Assembly: GCA_051294375.1 (NCBI GenBank)
Contig: CM119264.1
Location: 4,365,392 to 4,429,391 of the forward strand
Length of the DNA: 64,000 bases
Origin: Paraspadella gotoi
Lineage: Eukaryota; Animalia; Chaetognatha
Direction of reading: 5' to 3'
The stretch's first letter is position 1. Every line of letters starts with the position of its first letter. This document shows positions 23,820 to 38,200 of the stretch, in pieces. Under the pieces are notes generated by a model, which saw only the letters and a list, made by a program, of their open reading frames with translations, was not told the DNA's origin and searched no databases. A program made the translations under genes and the position numbers.

Positions 23820-26508
23820 TCTCTCCTCTCTCCTCTTCTCTCTCTCTCTTCTCTCTCTCTTTCTCTCTCTCTTTCTCTCCCAACAAAAAGACGGAACCCC
23901 GAAAGTCTTTCCTCCGCCCAGTTCTTTTCTCCGCTTTGAAGATGATGAGATTCATCAATTTCTGCTTAACCCTAATGAAGCGAGATCGGGGTAAGGGGAA
24001 AAGGGTTGGGGTGAGGAACAAAGTGTTAGGTCGATATGAATAGTCTGTTTCCGGGTTGAGGTGAAGAGGGAAAGGAATGGAGAAATGGTTAGGTTTTCAT
24101 GTTTGAGTAGGAGAAGGTTAGGCTGAGAGAAGGTTAGTGTGAGAGAAGGTTAGTTGAGAGAAGTTAGGTGAGGAGAAGGTTAGGTGGAGAGTGAAGGTTA
24201 GTTGAGAGAAGGTTAGGTGAGAGAAGGTTAGTTGAAGAGAGGTTAGGTGAGAGAAGGTAGTGAGAGAAGGTTAATGAGAGAAGGTTAGGTTGAGAGAGGT
24301 TATGGTGAAGAAGGTTAGGGAGAGAAGGTTAGTGTGATGAGGAAGGTTAGTGAGAAAAGGTTAGGTGACGAGAAGGTTAGGTGAGAGAAGAGTTAGGGTG
24401 AGAGAAGCGTTAGGTAAGATAAGGTTAGGTTGAGAGAAGGTTAGGTTGAAAGAAGGTAGGTTAAGTTGGAGTAGAGGAAGAATTGTAGAGCATTAGATTT
24501 ACCAGTGTATTTGATTTATCTTCTAAAATCATTTAGTTTCTTTTTTTTTTTTCTTAAGAGAAAACAAAGGAAACACAAAATTGCGTAATTGGTTGCGAAA
24601 AATTAAGAAAGAAAAATTGATTTATTGATTGATTGATTTATTTTTATTTATTTTTATTTATTTTAATTATTTTTATTTTATTTTTTTTTTAAAAATTTTT
24701 TTAATTTTTTTAATTTTTTTATTTATCTTTTATTTTCTTATTTATATTATTTATTTATTTATTTATTTATTATTTATTATTTATTATTTATTTAAATTTT
24801 ATTTATTTCATGTCATTATTCATTCATTCATTCATTCATTCATTCATTCAATCATTCATTTATTTATTTATTTTTATTTATTTTTATTTATTTATTATTT
24901 ATTTATTGACTCGTTGTTAAATGATGATTTAATGGATAAATAAGCAATTTTGATTGATTCATTCATCAATTTTCCTTTTTTCTTATTTAATTTATCCTTC
25001 TAGTTTGATCGATTCATTCATCTATAAATGCATTTATTCATAAATTGACGATTGAATGGACTGATTTGATCGAATTAAATTTCTCGACGATTCTATCTTG
25101 GTGATTGCGAAATCCGTATTTTCGCTTTCGCGATGCAAACCAGAAACGCGAAAACGGGAAAAGAGGAAAAGAGGAAACGGGAAAAGAGGAAAGAGAAAGA
25201 GGAAAAAGAGGAAAAGAGGAAACGGAAGGAAACGAGAATAAATCATGCGCGGTTCTGAGTGGATTATATCTTCCGGAAAAACCGGGATTACGGGAGGGAA
25301 ATGGCTGAAGCAGTTTCGAGGCCGCTGCCGCCGCCGCCGCGCCGCCGCCGCCGCGAAAGCTGCCGCTGAACACCGTGGTTTTCTTTGCTTCCTATTTATG
25401 TAAGGAGAGAAGATGTTTTAGTCGTTGAATGGATTTTAGTTGCGCGCGAAGTACTAGCGGAGAACTCTATAAGTCACTTTTCGGTCCTGTCAGGGTGGGT
25501 ATGTCTGTTCCGTCGGGTCTGTCTCACTTGCGTAAAACAATGCTTTATGATTCACCTATAGTGGGTTTTGCCTCATTTGTTAACACAGGAAAAAAAAGAC
25601 CTCAATCTAAGTGACTGCTAGCGCCGCATTCTGGAATTTCTAAAACTATAAGGGAATAAAAGACAGAATTTTCGCATGCAGTCATGTCATAAATACAAGG
25701 CTAAGAGATTTTTTAGTCATGTCATGTTATATCATATTATGTTATATCATATGATCAAAGAGAATACATCGTGAAAATAAAGTCACTGCGGCGCAACACA
25801 TTGGAATCACCGTTCTTGTTTTTCTATTTTCTTGTGAGAAACAACTAGTACTAATTTCAATGCCTTTTTATTACTTTTAATTAATTTATATTGTTTTTTT
25901 TAGCAACCTTAAGTATTGCACTTTTTTAAACAATTTCTAATTCATTTTCGGTCCCCTAATCTGAAAATTTAATTTCCTTTTTTACTTTTTTGTTTTTGGT
26001 TTTTTGTTTTTTTCTCGTGTATTTTTTTCCTATTTTTATTTCGTCTTGTCCTTCTGTACGTTTTCTTGATCCACTGATTTCGTCCTTTCTTTATCGCTCC
26101 TCTTCCTCCTAACTTTTTCCACCTCTTCATTCATCTTTCCTTCTTTTCTTTCTTTCCTTTTCTCCAATTTCTCTCGTTAATTTTTCTTTCTATACCTTGA
26201 AATCTTTTTCTTCTCTTTTTTTCTTTCTTTCCTTTCTTCCAAATTTCTTCTCATTAACTTTCCCTCGACCTTTAAATCTTTCCTTTTCTTTTCTTCTTTC
26301 CTTTTTACTTTCCTTCTTTCTTTTCCTCTATTTTTCAAAAACGTGACCGCATGAGATTTTTTTTTCCCTCTCAATTTCTCGAAAATCTTTCAAAATCCCG
26401 CATATTTTTATTAACTTATACTTTACTGGCCACATATAAAAAATCCACATAAAAATTCTATTACGAAAAAATAAATCTCCTTTCGGATTTTTGGATTCCG
26501 GAGCGGTT

Positions 26509-26592
<84 letters not shown>

Positions 26593-27244
26593 CGCTGTTT
26601 TTTCGTTCTCCCTCTCCCTCTTCTACAACGCGGCCTCTAGTGGCAACGAGAAATTTCCTGTCAACAAAAGGCGCAAAGGATGAATTCGCGGAGATTGTTT
26701 CCCTCCTTTTTCATTTTTTTTGTTGGTTCAAAGATAAAAGATTTTTTCATGGGCCTCTTCAGTCGTTTCTCTTTTTTTTTTTTCGGATGGATGAGGTTGG
26801 TCTTCGGCAGACGATCAAAAAGGCGGCGGCGGCGGCGGGCGGCGGCGGCGGCGGCGGCGGTCGGCGGCGGCGGAGGCAGCGGCAGCGAGAAAAGTTCGAC
26901 GGGAGGACGACCAAAGCTGCTGCGCCACTCATTCCCTAATCCGGACTGACCGAACAAACGGAGGAACGGACCGACGGACGGCGTTGCACGACTGTTTCGG
27001 GAACGTGAGAGACCAATCGGAGGCGTTATTTTTGTGCTCTCTGTCAAGGTTTCACGAGCGGGGAGAGTGGGAGAGAGAGAAGAGAAGAAGAGAGCGACAA
27101 TGATTAATTATGTTAATAGTTTACCACGGACGAATCTCCAAAATTAGTTTAACTCCGCAAATCTTATTGGAGATGCCGAGGTGCTAGCGAGCTCGCCTGC
27201 TAAAAAGAAGGGAAAGGGAGAAAAAGGAGAGAGAGATAAGAGAG

Positions 27245-27290
<46 letters not shown>

Positions 27291-28588
27291 TAGAGAGAGA
27301 GAGAGAGAGTGAAATTACTTATTTCTTAAAAAGTTTTGAGCAAACAATATCGGATCTGCCTACGATATTAAGCGGTAATCAGGTAATCAGATGATAAATC
27401 ACGATAATTTATTTCAATTTTGGATTCCTTACCATTGTCCTATCATACCATACCAAACCAGTTGGCAGCGCGTCAATATATATAAAATCGCTTGCACTGT
27501 TCTTATGGCACAAATAATTTTTTCAACTAGTATTATTTTTTAGACTTGCATAATTTTTCACATTGCATCTTCTTACCCGAATAATTTATTCAACTTGTAT
27601 AATTTTTTTTTTCGAGTATATTAATTTTTTGAAGAGAGCAAGAGAAGAGGAAAGGCAAGAAAAGGAAGCAAGAGAAGAGATATAGAGAAAAAAAAACTTA
27701 AAATACTTCAAGTGCATGAATATCATAACTTTTTTTTTATTTTTCCGCTTGCAAGATTACACCGAAACCTTATATCTAACTAAATCGCTTCACTTTCCTA
27801 CCCACATACAAAATACAAGTTTGAGCAAACCAATGTTGGATCTGCTACGGTTATCAGCTTATCAGATGATAAATGACGACAATTCTTTCAATTTGTGATC
27901 CTAACTGATCATAACGATCGTTACGCATACCAAACCAGTAATAAAAAAAATAATTTTTTAATTATTATTATTTTTTTTAACTTGCATTCTCTTTTTCACT
28001 GATATTAATAATAAATTTTGAGGATGCATAAATAAAAAAAAAATTAAGTTAATTTTGACTTATTTTTTCCTATACACTGTTTCCAAATCGGCACGATACC
28101 ATCTAAACTTTAAAACCTACCAACACAACGAAATTTTTTTCAATCTATACATCCAATTATAATTAATTAGAGTAATTTTGGTGTTCAAATTAGAAAAAAT
28201 ATTTTAAGAAATGTGATTTATTGTTTTTCTATTAAATTCATTTTCCATCGGAAACTTTAGATCCTCTTTATCACACACTTTCCTACCCACACACAAAATT
28301 TCATTTTCAACATTCAATCCAATCACGATATTGGATGTTTTTTGCTTAAGGGGGGGTACGGGATTCAGACTTTGGTTTTGACGGATGGCCGAACATTTTT
28401 TTCCATAATTTATCATTAATTTGATGTTCTACATGTTTTAATGTGAATACTGACCAAGATTGTTGGGTTTGGACAGACGGACCGACAAAGTGGAATTAAA
28501 GAGTTTCGGAATCTTGCTAGAAGCAGATCCAACTAAAAATCTTTTGGATTTTTTCGTCTTAGGTTTTATCTTTAATTCAGTCAGAATA

Positions 28589-28783
28589 TGTGACATAAAT
28601 CTTTTCTTTTTGTTGTTTGGGCGATTAGAGACAGTTGAGTTAGTTTGGACAACGATTTTTATTTTTATTGTAAAACAGAATGTTTCGGCTTTCATTTAAG
28701 CCTTCATCAGCGTTAATGAGCCGAAACATGTCTGTTTACAATAAAAATAAAATTGTTGTTCAAAACTAACTCAAACTGTCTCT
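28589..28783 (-). mobile_element. Inverted, error-bearing copy of the Penelope-like hammerhead insertion
   Basis: TGTTTCGGCTTTCATTTAAGCCTTCATCAGCG at 28681-28712 is the reverse complement of the hammerhead at 7899-7930. Confidence 0.65.
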
Positions 28784-29565
28784 AGTAATAATATTAAAAA
28801 AACTGTTTTTTACAGATTATGTGGATAAGGCTCTACGGGGCTGAAAGATGGACTGTCCGTAACTTCCTTAACCCCCTCTCGCAGCTATGGAACGGGTCAA
28901 GGGCTTGGAACCAGCTTGGAGGTTTGCCATGCCCCAAGGCGGCTTTCGGGCCGTAGCTTCGCGCTTCCGAGGGTAAGATACCGGGTTGGAATTTGAACCG
29001 GTACCTAGGGTCATTGAGGCTGATGCTTTTACACCGGGGTCAAACTGAAAGTGTCATGCTTCTGGGCGGGGGCGTGAACTAGGCAATGCCCGACTACAGA
29101 TAGATTGAGGAAAAAAATTGCCTTTTTTTTTTCTTACGAGATATGCAAAAACTAGATAAACCATATTCAGGAACTGAAATTTATCTTGTGAATTAAACTA
29201 TTTATTAAACTCAGTGTGGAGATTGTATTAAAATATTGTTGAGCATTAGCTCTAACCTAATTAATACCAAATGGACGTCATTTTTAATGATAAAATAATC
29301 AGAGCAGAGCAAACTTTTGAGGAATACTACCAATATTTGATTCAGAAAGGCCTCGTACAATCAGATCGAGAATTAGATAATAACCAATGAAGCATAGAAC
29401 AAGGGACAAGGTTTAGAATTTAAGCTATTGACGTTATTGTTATTCTATTATAAATTTTTATAAATGCGAATATCAATTTCGAAAATTAATTAAATATTTA
29501 TATACTATTTAACACTCAGTTCAAATTTAATTAAATTTTTTTAGATATGTTTACATAGTTTTTTC

Positions 29566-32500
29566 TTAAAAAATTAGCAGCATCCAAGCGGCGAAATATT
29601 ACCAAGAGGAATGCCAGAGTCCGAGTTGCTTGAAATAGAGATTGATTTTCCCAATTCGTCGCATTCTGACTTCTTCAAAGTTATTCCACTATTGCTCCAT
29701 ACGCTCGTTGGTCATATTGTATTTAATTTTAATCATAACAATCCGATAAAATGGCGAAAATTTATAACGACGTGGAAGATGGGGCAAATGTTCAATTCCT
29801 CTGTTATAGCGATAAATACGTAATCCATTCGGTTAAAAAATAACAAAATGCTTTTGCAGATGAACATTTTCTGTAAGAGGCTCAGCGTCAATTGTTTGTT
29901 CGTCTTTTAGGAGTGTAGAAAATAAAGAGGAATTACAATGAAAGCGATCAAGAATCCTGCCATTGAACTTGGCCAACTTTTTATCTTCGTTGCGCGAAGA
30001 CAGAGATGTTTAAAGCAAAACACAAATTTAGCATCGCAGAAATGAAAGCAAAGTGGAAAAAGGTAAAAGTTTTCCTTGAAAAATACATATGTCAATCAAT
30101 TCTGGTAAATAAGGCCATATACTGTAATCAAACTGAAATCTGAACTGAACTGAAATGTTGATTTCGAGCAAATGTCTCAAAGCCATCAAAAGGGGTTTTG
30201 GTCAACCAATTCCACCAAGAAATTCGTTGCAACCGGAGAGAAATAGATATAGCCCCCATAAAAAACTAAGAATATTCGGTTTTTACTTTTGTGGCTACAG
30301 TCTGCAAAATTTTATAAATGCAGTTGTTGCTGCAGCTAATCCAGTATTTGCTAAAAGGTTTGAAATTTTGTAAGGTCATTAAAGAATGATATTGCTTATA
30401 ACTCATTCAGCAGAGGTTAAAAGTATACGCCTGTCATTTTCATCAGTAAAAACGGGTAGGTATTTATTGGACATGTCAAAATTGTGCTAAAAATTAACAT
30501 TAATGTGAACAACGAAAAAGAAAATATTCAAAAATTAAGCGGGTATTATCATTGGTATCAAGATTTCCATTAAATTTATCAAGCCTTTTTCTAATTTCCA
30601 AATACAAGGATAGTAGCAAAAAAACCAATGAAAAAATATCTAGAAAAAACCAGGAGTAGGCTTTATGTCAAATCAGGATTCAGGATATTTTTGTAGTTTG
30701 CCAGTTTTTATACTTTGATACTGCGCAAGCCAGAACCCTTCACCTAAGGTTTAACAATGTGCTTTTGGTTTTAAATAAGTGAAAGAGACCATTTTGTTTA
30801 CCAAAGACCTTTCCTTCAACAATAAATTTTTATATTTCATGTAGCCATCCTATCTTATTCCAGGTATTTTGTAACTTGCCGGAGTTTGATTAGTATACAG
30901 ATTGGCCAGACCCCAAGGAATGTAATTGTCTTCTATGTAAAAAAAAGGAAAGGGAAACTCAGCACAATAATTTGCTCTGTTGGTCAGTTTTACTACTAAG
31001 GTCTTGTAAACATACTTAAAAATAAATCATTGAGCCATTAATGGAAAGGTGAAATTTCTATAAATATCTCTCTACCCATTGAATTCTTGATTTTATTTTA
31101 TAAAAATAATCTTTACTTTTTATGAATTAACTTTTAATTTTGACCATTATAAAGGAGATATGTCCGATTTATTTCCCTCGTTCATAGATAAACCCTCTAG
31201 ATTGATACGAAAAAAAAACACTGCAATTAAACGATGACTATTAATGATAATATGAGCGAAGTGAAGTTAATGAGGCGCATTGGAAAAGAGACCCGATTTC
31301 TTATTTGAGAATCCCTTTAAATATTCCCACTTATTTCACAGCTTATAAATTTAATCAACTTCAGTATGTGAAAAAAGGAACGCTTATCATTTTTACCTAT
31401 TTTTTATTTAATTCGTTCGAACCGTTTAAGCTTATACTTCGTCTCTCCCTTTCAGAGCAAAGGATATTAAATAAGTTTAATAATTGAATCAAACCTATCT
31501 TCTCTTATTTAAGGATTGTTGAGTCTGTCAGAATAACGTTTTTTGCAAAGGCAAAAAAATGAAAATCCAACATTCAGCACCGTGATGATCAAGGAAAACA
31601 TTTCCTGTTGTCGATCGAAAAATTTAGTTGGAATTTTTTTTTCGTGATTTTTTGAAGAAGTCTCCTTATATCACTAAAGATGAAGATCGTAGCAGTTCTC
31701 GCTTGGGTATGAATACAAGCGAAAAAGCAGTTCAAACAAACTGTAGACATATATAGGTATAAGCAGAAAGTGACATTCCGTAGACCCTTGGCAACGCCCA
31801 GATTAAAAATTATAAGCACAAAGGCCTTTAGAAATGTACTTAATATAATTCCATGTGATCTTCGTTGGAAATGAATTCCGGTTCGTGTTAATGCGGCGAT
31901 TTAGCAAGCTGAGCGTCGAGGCGACGATTGAAACAAATGTTGCCGATCATGGAATTCGATCCGCCAATTGCAAAAGCGTCGCTCGGTTCTGCAAGAGTTG
32001 TTTTCTTTTAGTCATAAATATATAATTGAGAACCGAAACAAAAGTTTACAAGGAAAAATATAAAAAGACATTGTCATCTTTTCCACAATCGAAAACAAAT
32101 TTTTTTCATGGATATCGTTTTATGATTATTTTTGCCGTAACCTCTGAAAAATTTTACCGCCGTTTCTTATCTTATTGATGTGTTTTTGTCAATTTTATAT
32201 GGAGAATAATTTTTAAATGTTTTCTTTGGGTTTCGACCTTCTTCGTTTGCCGTGATAGAATTTATAGAAAAACAAAGTTTTTTGCAATGCCCGTCTTTCA
32301 ATGTTTCGACTTCTTATTTTTAAAAGACTTCTAAATTTTTGACAATATTTTTAACATTGTTTTTCGGTTAAATACCTGCGACTTTCCCAATGATTTCACT
32401 ATTAACAATGAACAGGAAATATTTGTTATTTACGGAAATTTCGATTTATCATTTTTTTGTAACGTAGAATCATGTTCCACATTCTGTTCTGCAATATGCA

Positions 32501-32743
32501 ATATAGGTGCATAATACTGGCATATTTAGTATCCTATCAAATATAAACTCCAAGAATCCCATAATATCTCTATCCTATAAAAAATTAAATAAATTTAGTG
32601 CAAATCCAAACAGATTTCATCCGTGCTCACTTGTCCTTGCAAGATGGAGGCTGGCAGTTGTCATTAAAAGTTGAGGAAGCTTCAAAGAAGACTGAAGATA
32701 TTCAGATTCGTGTCCAACGTTGTTTTTCATTTCAAAGGTTCAA
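29566..32743 (-). pseudogene. Frameshifted partial copy (exons 3-6) of the XK-related gene within the inverted duplication, likely artefactual
   Basis: Fragments such as MTYVFFKENFY, MAGFLIAFIVIPLYF and SDIRRLLQKITKK match the + strand gene. Many indels, and exons 1-2 are absent. Confidence 0.7.
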
Positions 32744-33392
32744 CTATGATTACAAATTTTGAATTTTAGAAAGTATACTTAAAATATATTAAATATAAGT
32801 TGTTATATGTGGCACGGGCGTTACCGGTCACTTAATGAGTAGACGAGCGTGGCAAAGACCGTAGCGAGGAGCATTTAAATGCAGGGAAAGACAGGTCACG
32901 TGACTTTTGAAGTAAAGTTTATTTCGTTTTTGAAATTATTTCACAAAGATAATAAACTTGTTTCACTTTCTATCTCTTCTTAATAAAATGTATTCTTTTA
33001 CATTGTAGAGAATTTGAAGTAAATAGAAGCAAATGTTGATAATGCATAAGTTTTATTGTTGGTTGAAATCACGAGAATAAAAACCAAGGTTGAAATCAAG
33101 AGGTTTCAATCAAGGACTGACTTTTCAGTTTACAATTACTTCAAAGGAAACGGTCCAGAAACAAAAGAAACAGGACTGGTGAGCGTCATCTGGTGCAGGG
33201 ACGCTCTTTTACAAAGGATTTCTTTGTGTCCTTATTCACTACTTCGTGTCTCAACACAGGAATTTAAAGTGGTCATTTGATTGGCCGCATGCCCCCCTGG
33301 TTGATATATGAGATTTTCATATATCAACAATAATAATATCGTTAATAAGTCAATATAATCTCTTCTGNNNNNNNNNNNNNNNNNNNNNNNNN

Positions 33393-35290
33393 TTTTCTCT
33401 CGTCAGCCGATCACCCTGGTACACTATTAAATGAATTTGTCTTTTAGTATTGTTCCAAAATATTTTTTTTGGGATAGTACAGATAAGAAAGTCATTAATG
33501 GCTCTTTAAAATGTGAAAGCAATCAATAGGAAAGCAAGCAATCGGCAAGCAAGCAAGCAAGCCTAACACGATTTGAAATCTAGTTACCGAGAGTACCTAC
33601 GATTCACATTCAAAGTTCAACGCACTACTTAGCTAGAAACCTTACTTTCGCCCTTGCTCTTAATTTGTTCCTCACCTTAACTCTGAGAAGACCCGGCGTC
33701 GTAGACGAACAAAAGGACAACGAAATCGACGAAGAAAAAATACGAATACATGGATGATGAGTTAGACGACCACGACGATGATGAAGAAGACGACGAAGAT
33801 GATGACTATGATGAGTTGACGACGGCGGCAATCATAACGACAACAACGACAAAGAAGACGATGATTACGAAGACGAAGAAGCCTACGACGACATCAATGA
33901 TGATTTAAAGGACGACGACAACGACGACGACGACGACGACCATGGATTCATAATTTATGAGGATCCAAGAGTCGACGGATTTCGTCCGCAACAAAAATCT
34001 CTTCGTCTCAGAAAAAAAAAAGTGGCGTCGGTGATAAATGAAACTTCGTCGAGGAAAAATTTCAGAATAAACAAACGCCTGAGGCCAAACTCCACCTTTT
34101 TTATGTTTTATGTTCTTCTTCTTTTTTCATTTTTTCTCTCTTTCTATTTGATATCCGTTCCTATTCCCTTTTTTTTATTTTTCATTTTTCATTCACCTTA
34201 AATTTATTTTCTACGCAGCGTCTGTTTTCTTGTTTCTTATTTCTCTCCCGGTTATAACTTTGGTGGGGGAAAGTTGAGAAAAGGTTTTAAGTTGAAAATC
34301 TCATCTCATTTAAGGTGAGTTTTTGGTTGGTATAGGTGACGATGGGACGGGTAAACTTCTACCGCCATTTTCCCCACCGGTGCTGGTTTGCCGAGTATTA
34401 CGTCGACCAAAAAGAGGCCTCCCGGTGGAGTCGCAGGAAGTGGCAGACTCAGAAATAGACAACATAGCGGCATCGCGTTCGATGAAATTGACTTTTACAG
34501 CATCAAAGCTCGACGGCATCGACTTTTTCAGCATCGTGCTCAACATAATTGACTTTTGCAGCATCAAATCTGGACCGCTTCGACTTTTTCAGCATCGTGC
34601 TCAATAAAGTTGACTTTTGCAACATCAGGTCGTCGGCTTTTCATTTCCGCGAATTTTGCCGACGTAAATCGTCGATTTTCGTGCGTCGACGATTAAAAAG
34701 GTCGCGGGTTCGAATCCCGCAAATGTCAGCGGTTCCGGCAGAAAATAGAAAAACCGAAATAAAAAAAAATAACAAAAAAACCGAATATTCTGTTTCTCGT
34801 TTTCATCGAGTTTCGTGTCGCGTGTTTTATCTTCTGTTTATATTTGTTTTAAAATACATTTTATTAAGAAAAGTAAAATCGTAAAAAAGGAATTGTGAGG
34901 AATAGAAACTAATGTTCATTACATTCTTACCATTATCCTGATTAGATGAATTCGCTTCGATTCTCTTTCGCTTCTCACGTTCTCACTCCCTTCCACATTT
35001 CCTCAGGGGAGCAGAACAACAACAACAACAAACAAAAGAAGTTCTGTTTCTCTCTGTTTTCGTCTACAGAGTCGTAGATACATACATATTAGTTTTTTAT
35101 GGGTTGAAAATAGAAACCTTAAATAAAAATAATTACAAAAATCGTTACAAAATATACATAGTTACTCGGGTGTTTCTATTCTTTGTACACCAAAGTTTTC
35201 GTTGAATAATATAAAAGGCGTCATACGTTTTCTTTTCGCGAAAAAAAATTATCAATTAACACTTAATCAAAAAAAAATTTGATATAATAT
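33393..35290 (+). repeat. Further copy of 14546-16419 that continues into unique sequence
   Basis: Resumes after a 25-N gap at TTTTCTCTCGTCAGCC (=14546) and runs past GATATAATATT into new sequence. Confidence 0.85.
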
Positions 35291-38200
35291 TGTATTTATA
35301 TATTATTTTCGTCTTGTCTCTTGAATAGAACGACCCTGTATCCGTTGATGACTCTCCATCCATCTCCATCCTTTCGTCACCATGAATCTCTCTTTGTCTT
35401 CCTCCGTTTCTCTTTCCTTTTTTCTTTCTTTGTTTTCTTCCTTCGATCCGACNNNNNNNNNNNNNNNNNNNNNNNNNNNNNNNNNNNNNNNNNNNNNNNN
35501 NNNNNNNNNNNNNNNNNNNNNNNNNNNNNNNNNNNNNNNNNNNNNNNNNNNNNNNNNNNNNNNNNNNNNNNNNNNNNNNNNNNNNNNNNNNNNNNNNNNN
35601 NNNNNNNNNNNNNNNNNNNNNNNNNNNNNNNNNNNNNNNNNNNNNNNNNNNNNNNNNNNNNNNNNNNNNNNNNNNNNNNNNNNNNNNNNNNNNNNNNNNN
35701 NNNNNNNNNNNNNNNNNNNNNNNNNNNNNNNNNNNNNNNNNNNNNNNNNNNNNNNNNNNNNNNNNNNNNNNNNNNNNNNNNNNNNNNNNNNNNNNNNNNN
35801 NNNNNNNNNNNNNNNNNNNNNNNNNNNNNNNNNNNNNNNNNNNNNNNNNNNNNNNNNNNNNNNNNNNNNNNNNNNNNNNNNNNNNNNNNNNNNNNNNNNN
35901 NNNNNNNNNNNNNNNNNNNNNNNNNNNNNNNNNNNNNNNNNNNNNNNNNNNNNNNNNNNNNNNNNNNNNNNNNNNNNNNNNNNNNNNNNNNNNNNNNNNN
36001 NNNNNNNNNNNNNNNNNNNNNNNNNNNNNNNNNNNNNNNNNNNNNNNNNNNNNNNNNNNNNNNNNNNNNNNNNNNATTTGGACAGGTGCGACGTGTAGAT
36101 AAAACAAACGGGAACTTTTAATCAGAAATGTGAGGACAGGGCAGCTGACAGTAGATGACAGGTGTCGAATTTAAGTATGTATAAGTATTAAGACAGATGT
36201 AATGGCAGGTGGCGAGATCCGCAATATAAAGTGACGCTTTGGGAAGGAAATAAAAGAACTTAGTTTGAGCTGTGGAGTATTAAAGGCAGAGAAATGGTGA
36301 AATTGGCCGAGCTTCTTAGGGGTGTCGCCCTGTCGCCGCCGACGAAAAACGGTCGAGGAAGGCAATCAAATTTTATGCGAGGCAATTGTAACGTTATTGT
36401 TATTGTATCTTTATTACCTGGAGAACCATTAGCCTCGATGATTATTTTCGGGGGAAAAAGGGCCGAGGAGGTGGCGCGAAAATTCTCGATCTCATTCGCG
36501 GAATTTTTAGGCGTAATAATGATGATATTTTTTCATTCCTTTCTCGTTGAAGAATTGTTTAAGAATATTAAATACGTAGAATTGTTCGACAATCCTCGAG
36601 CTGCGGAACTGTATATATATCTGAAAAACTTTGATGTTTGATCATTTTGGGACACTTAAGTTTAAGTTGTGAAAATCAGAATAATTGAATTCGAGTTTTA
36701 CCAATTCTTCTGCAGTTTTAAAAGTCGAAAGAATACGAAACAGTCAGGTCTCTGCTTTACTGTTTTTTATTGTTCCAAAAACAATGTTAAACAGGATTCG
36801 TTGATCACGTCTCAACTTCCGTTCGACAATTAGTCGCCCTTCATTGCCGAATCTCGTTCCTTCTCTTCGCTTCACTTGACTTTTTGAAAACGAGGAAGAA
36901 AAGTAAAGAAAAGAGAAGATGAATAGAGAAGAAGAATAGAGAAGAATAGAGGAGAATAGTTGAGACGTTGAACCGCGAGAACCATAACAATTCAACNNNN
37001 NNNNNNNNNNNNNNNNNNNNNNNNNNNNNNNNNNNNNNNNNNNNNNNNNNNNNNNNNNNNNNNNNNNNNNNNNNNNNNNNNNNNNNNNNNNNNNNNNNNN
37101 NNNNNNNNNNNNNNNNNNNNNNNNNNNNNNNNNNNNNNNNNNNNNNNNNNNNNNNNNNNNNNNNNNNNNNNNNNNNNNNNNNNNNNNNNNNNNNNNNNNN
37201 NNNNNNNNNNNNNNNNNNNNNNNNNNNNNNNNNNNNNNNNNNNNNNNNNNNNNNNNNNNNNNNNNNNNNNNNNNNNNNNNNNNTTGAATTTTAATAAAGA
37301 GAAGAAAAAAAGGAGTAAAGTTTTAAATTCTTATCGGACATTCTTAGGTAAAGAAAGGATATTTACACGGAATTATGTGTCACTTATTGAAAAGGAACTT
37401 AAAATATTTCAGCTTTTAAAACATTGGGTTCCATCATTCTTATTCTCTAAAGAATTCAACCGCTCTCGTGATTTCATTGCAATCATATCTGCTGACTGCT
37501 TCCTTTGCTTACCTACCAAACTGATATTTTATTCATTCCTGGTTTAACAATTTTTTGAGATTCCGCTTCTCATATTTTTTTTCTAATCCTTATCACTTCC
37601 CCTACCTGCTACAATAACTATTACCATTACTAATACCATTACTTTTAGCCTTGCTTTCTGCCATCCTCATATATTTAAAATAAAAATCTAAAAAGTATTA
37701 AGTAAAGGNNNNNNNNNNNNNNNNNNNNNNNNNNNNNNNNNNNNNNNNNNNNNNNNNNNNNNNNNNNNNNNNNNNNNNNNNNNNNNNNNNNNNNNNNNNN
37801 NNNNNNNNNNNNNNNNNNNNNNNNNNNNNNNNNNNNNNNNNNNNNNNNNNNNNNNNNNNNNNNNNNNNNNNNNNNNNNNNNNNNNNNNNNNNNNNNNNNN
37901 NNNNNNNNNNNNNNNNNNNNNNNNNNNNNNNNNNNNNNNNNNNNNNNNNNNNNNNNNNNNNNNNNNNNNNAGACACAATAGATGGAGGGATATTCGCATA
38001 TGTCAACCCCTGACTCTGAATAATTAAGTGTCTTCGCGTGACGCTGAAATCTTTGGCCGTCGAAGATTTTGGGTTCGAGAGCAAAAAACCAGAGGATGTC
38101 GATTCTCTTTTCCGGAGACACGGGATCGTCGTTGTCGTCGTCGTCGCCGTCGTTCGTCGTCGTCGTCGTCATCATCGTCGTCATCGTCGTCGTATGGCGT

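Larger units (their letters stand above)
22121..32808 (-). repeat. ~10.7-kb inverted copy of ~3785-14547, probably a gap-filling artefact
   Basis: 22121 onward is the reverse complement of 14547 backwards. Essentially identical to ~23870, then dominated by 1-bp indels. Confidence 0.9.

Noticed and set aside
29566-32743. A second Xkr paralogue on the minus strand
   Set aside because: It differs from the + copy mainly by scattered 1-bp indels in exons and introns alike, lacks exons 1-2, and lies in a block with artefact-like junctions.
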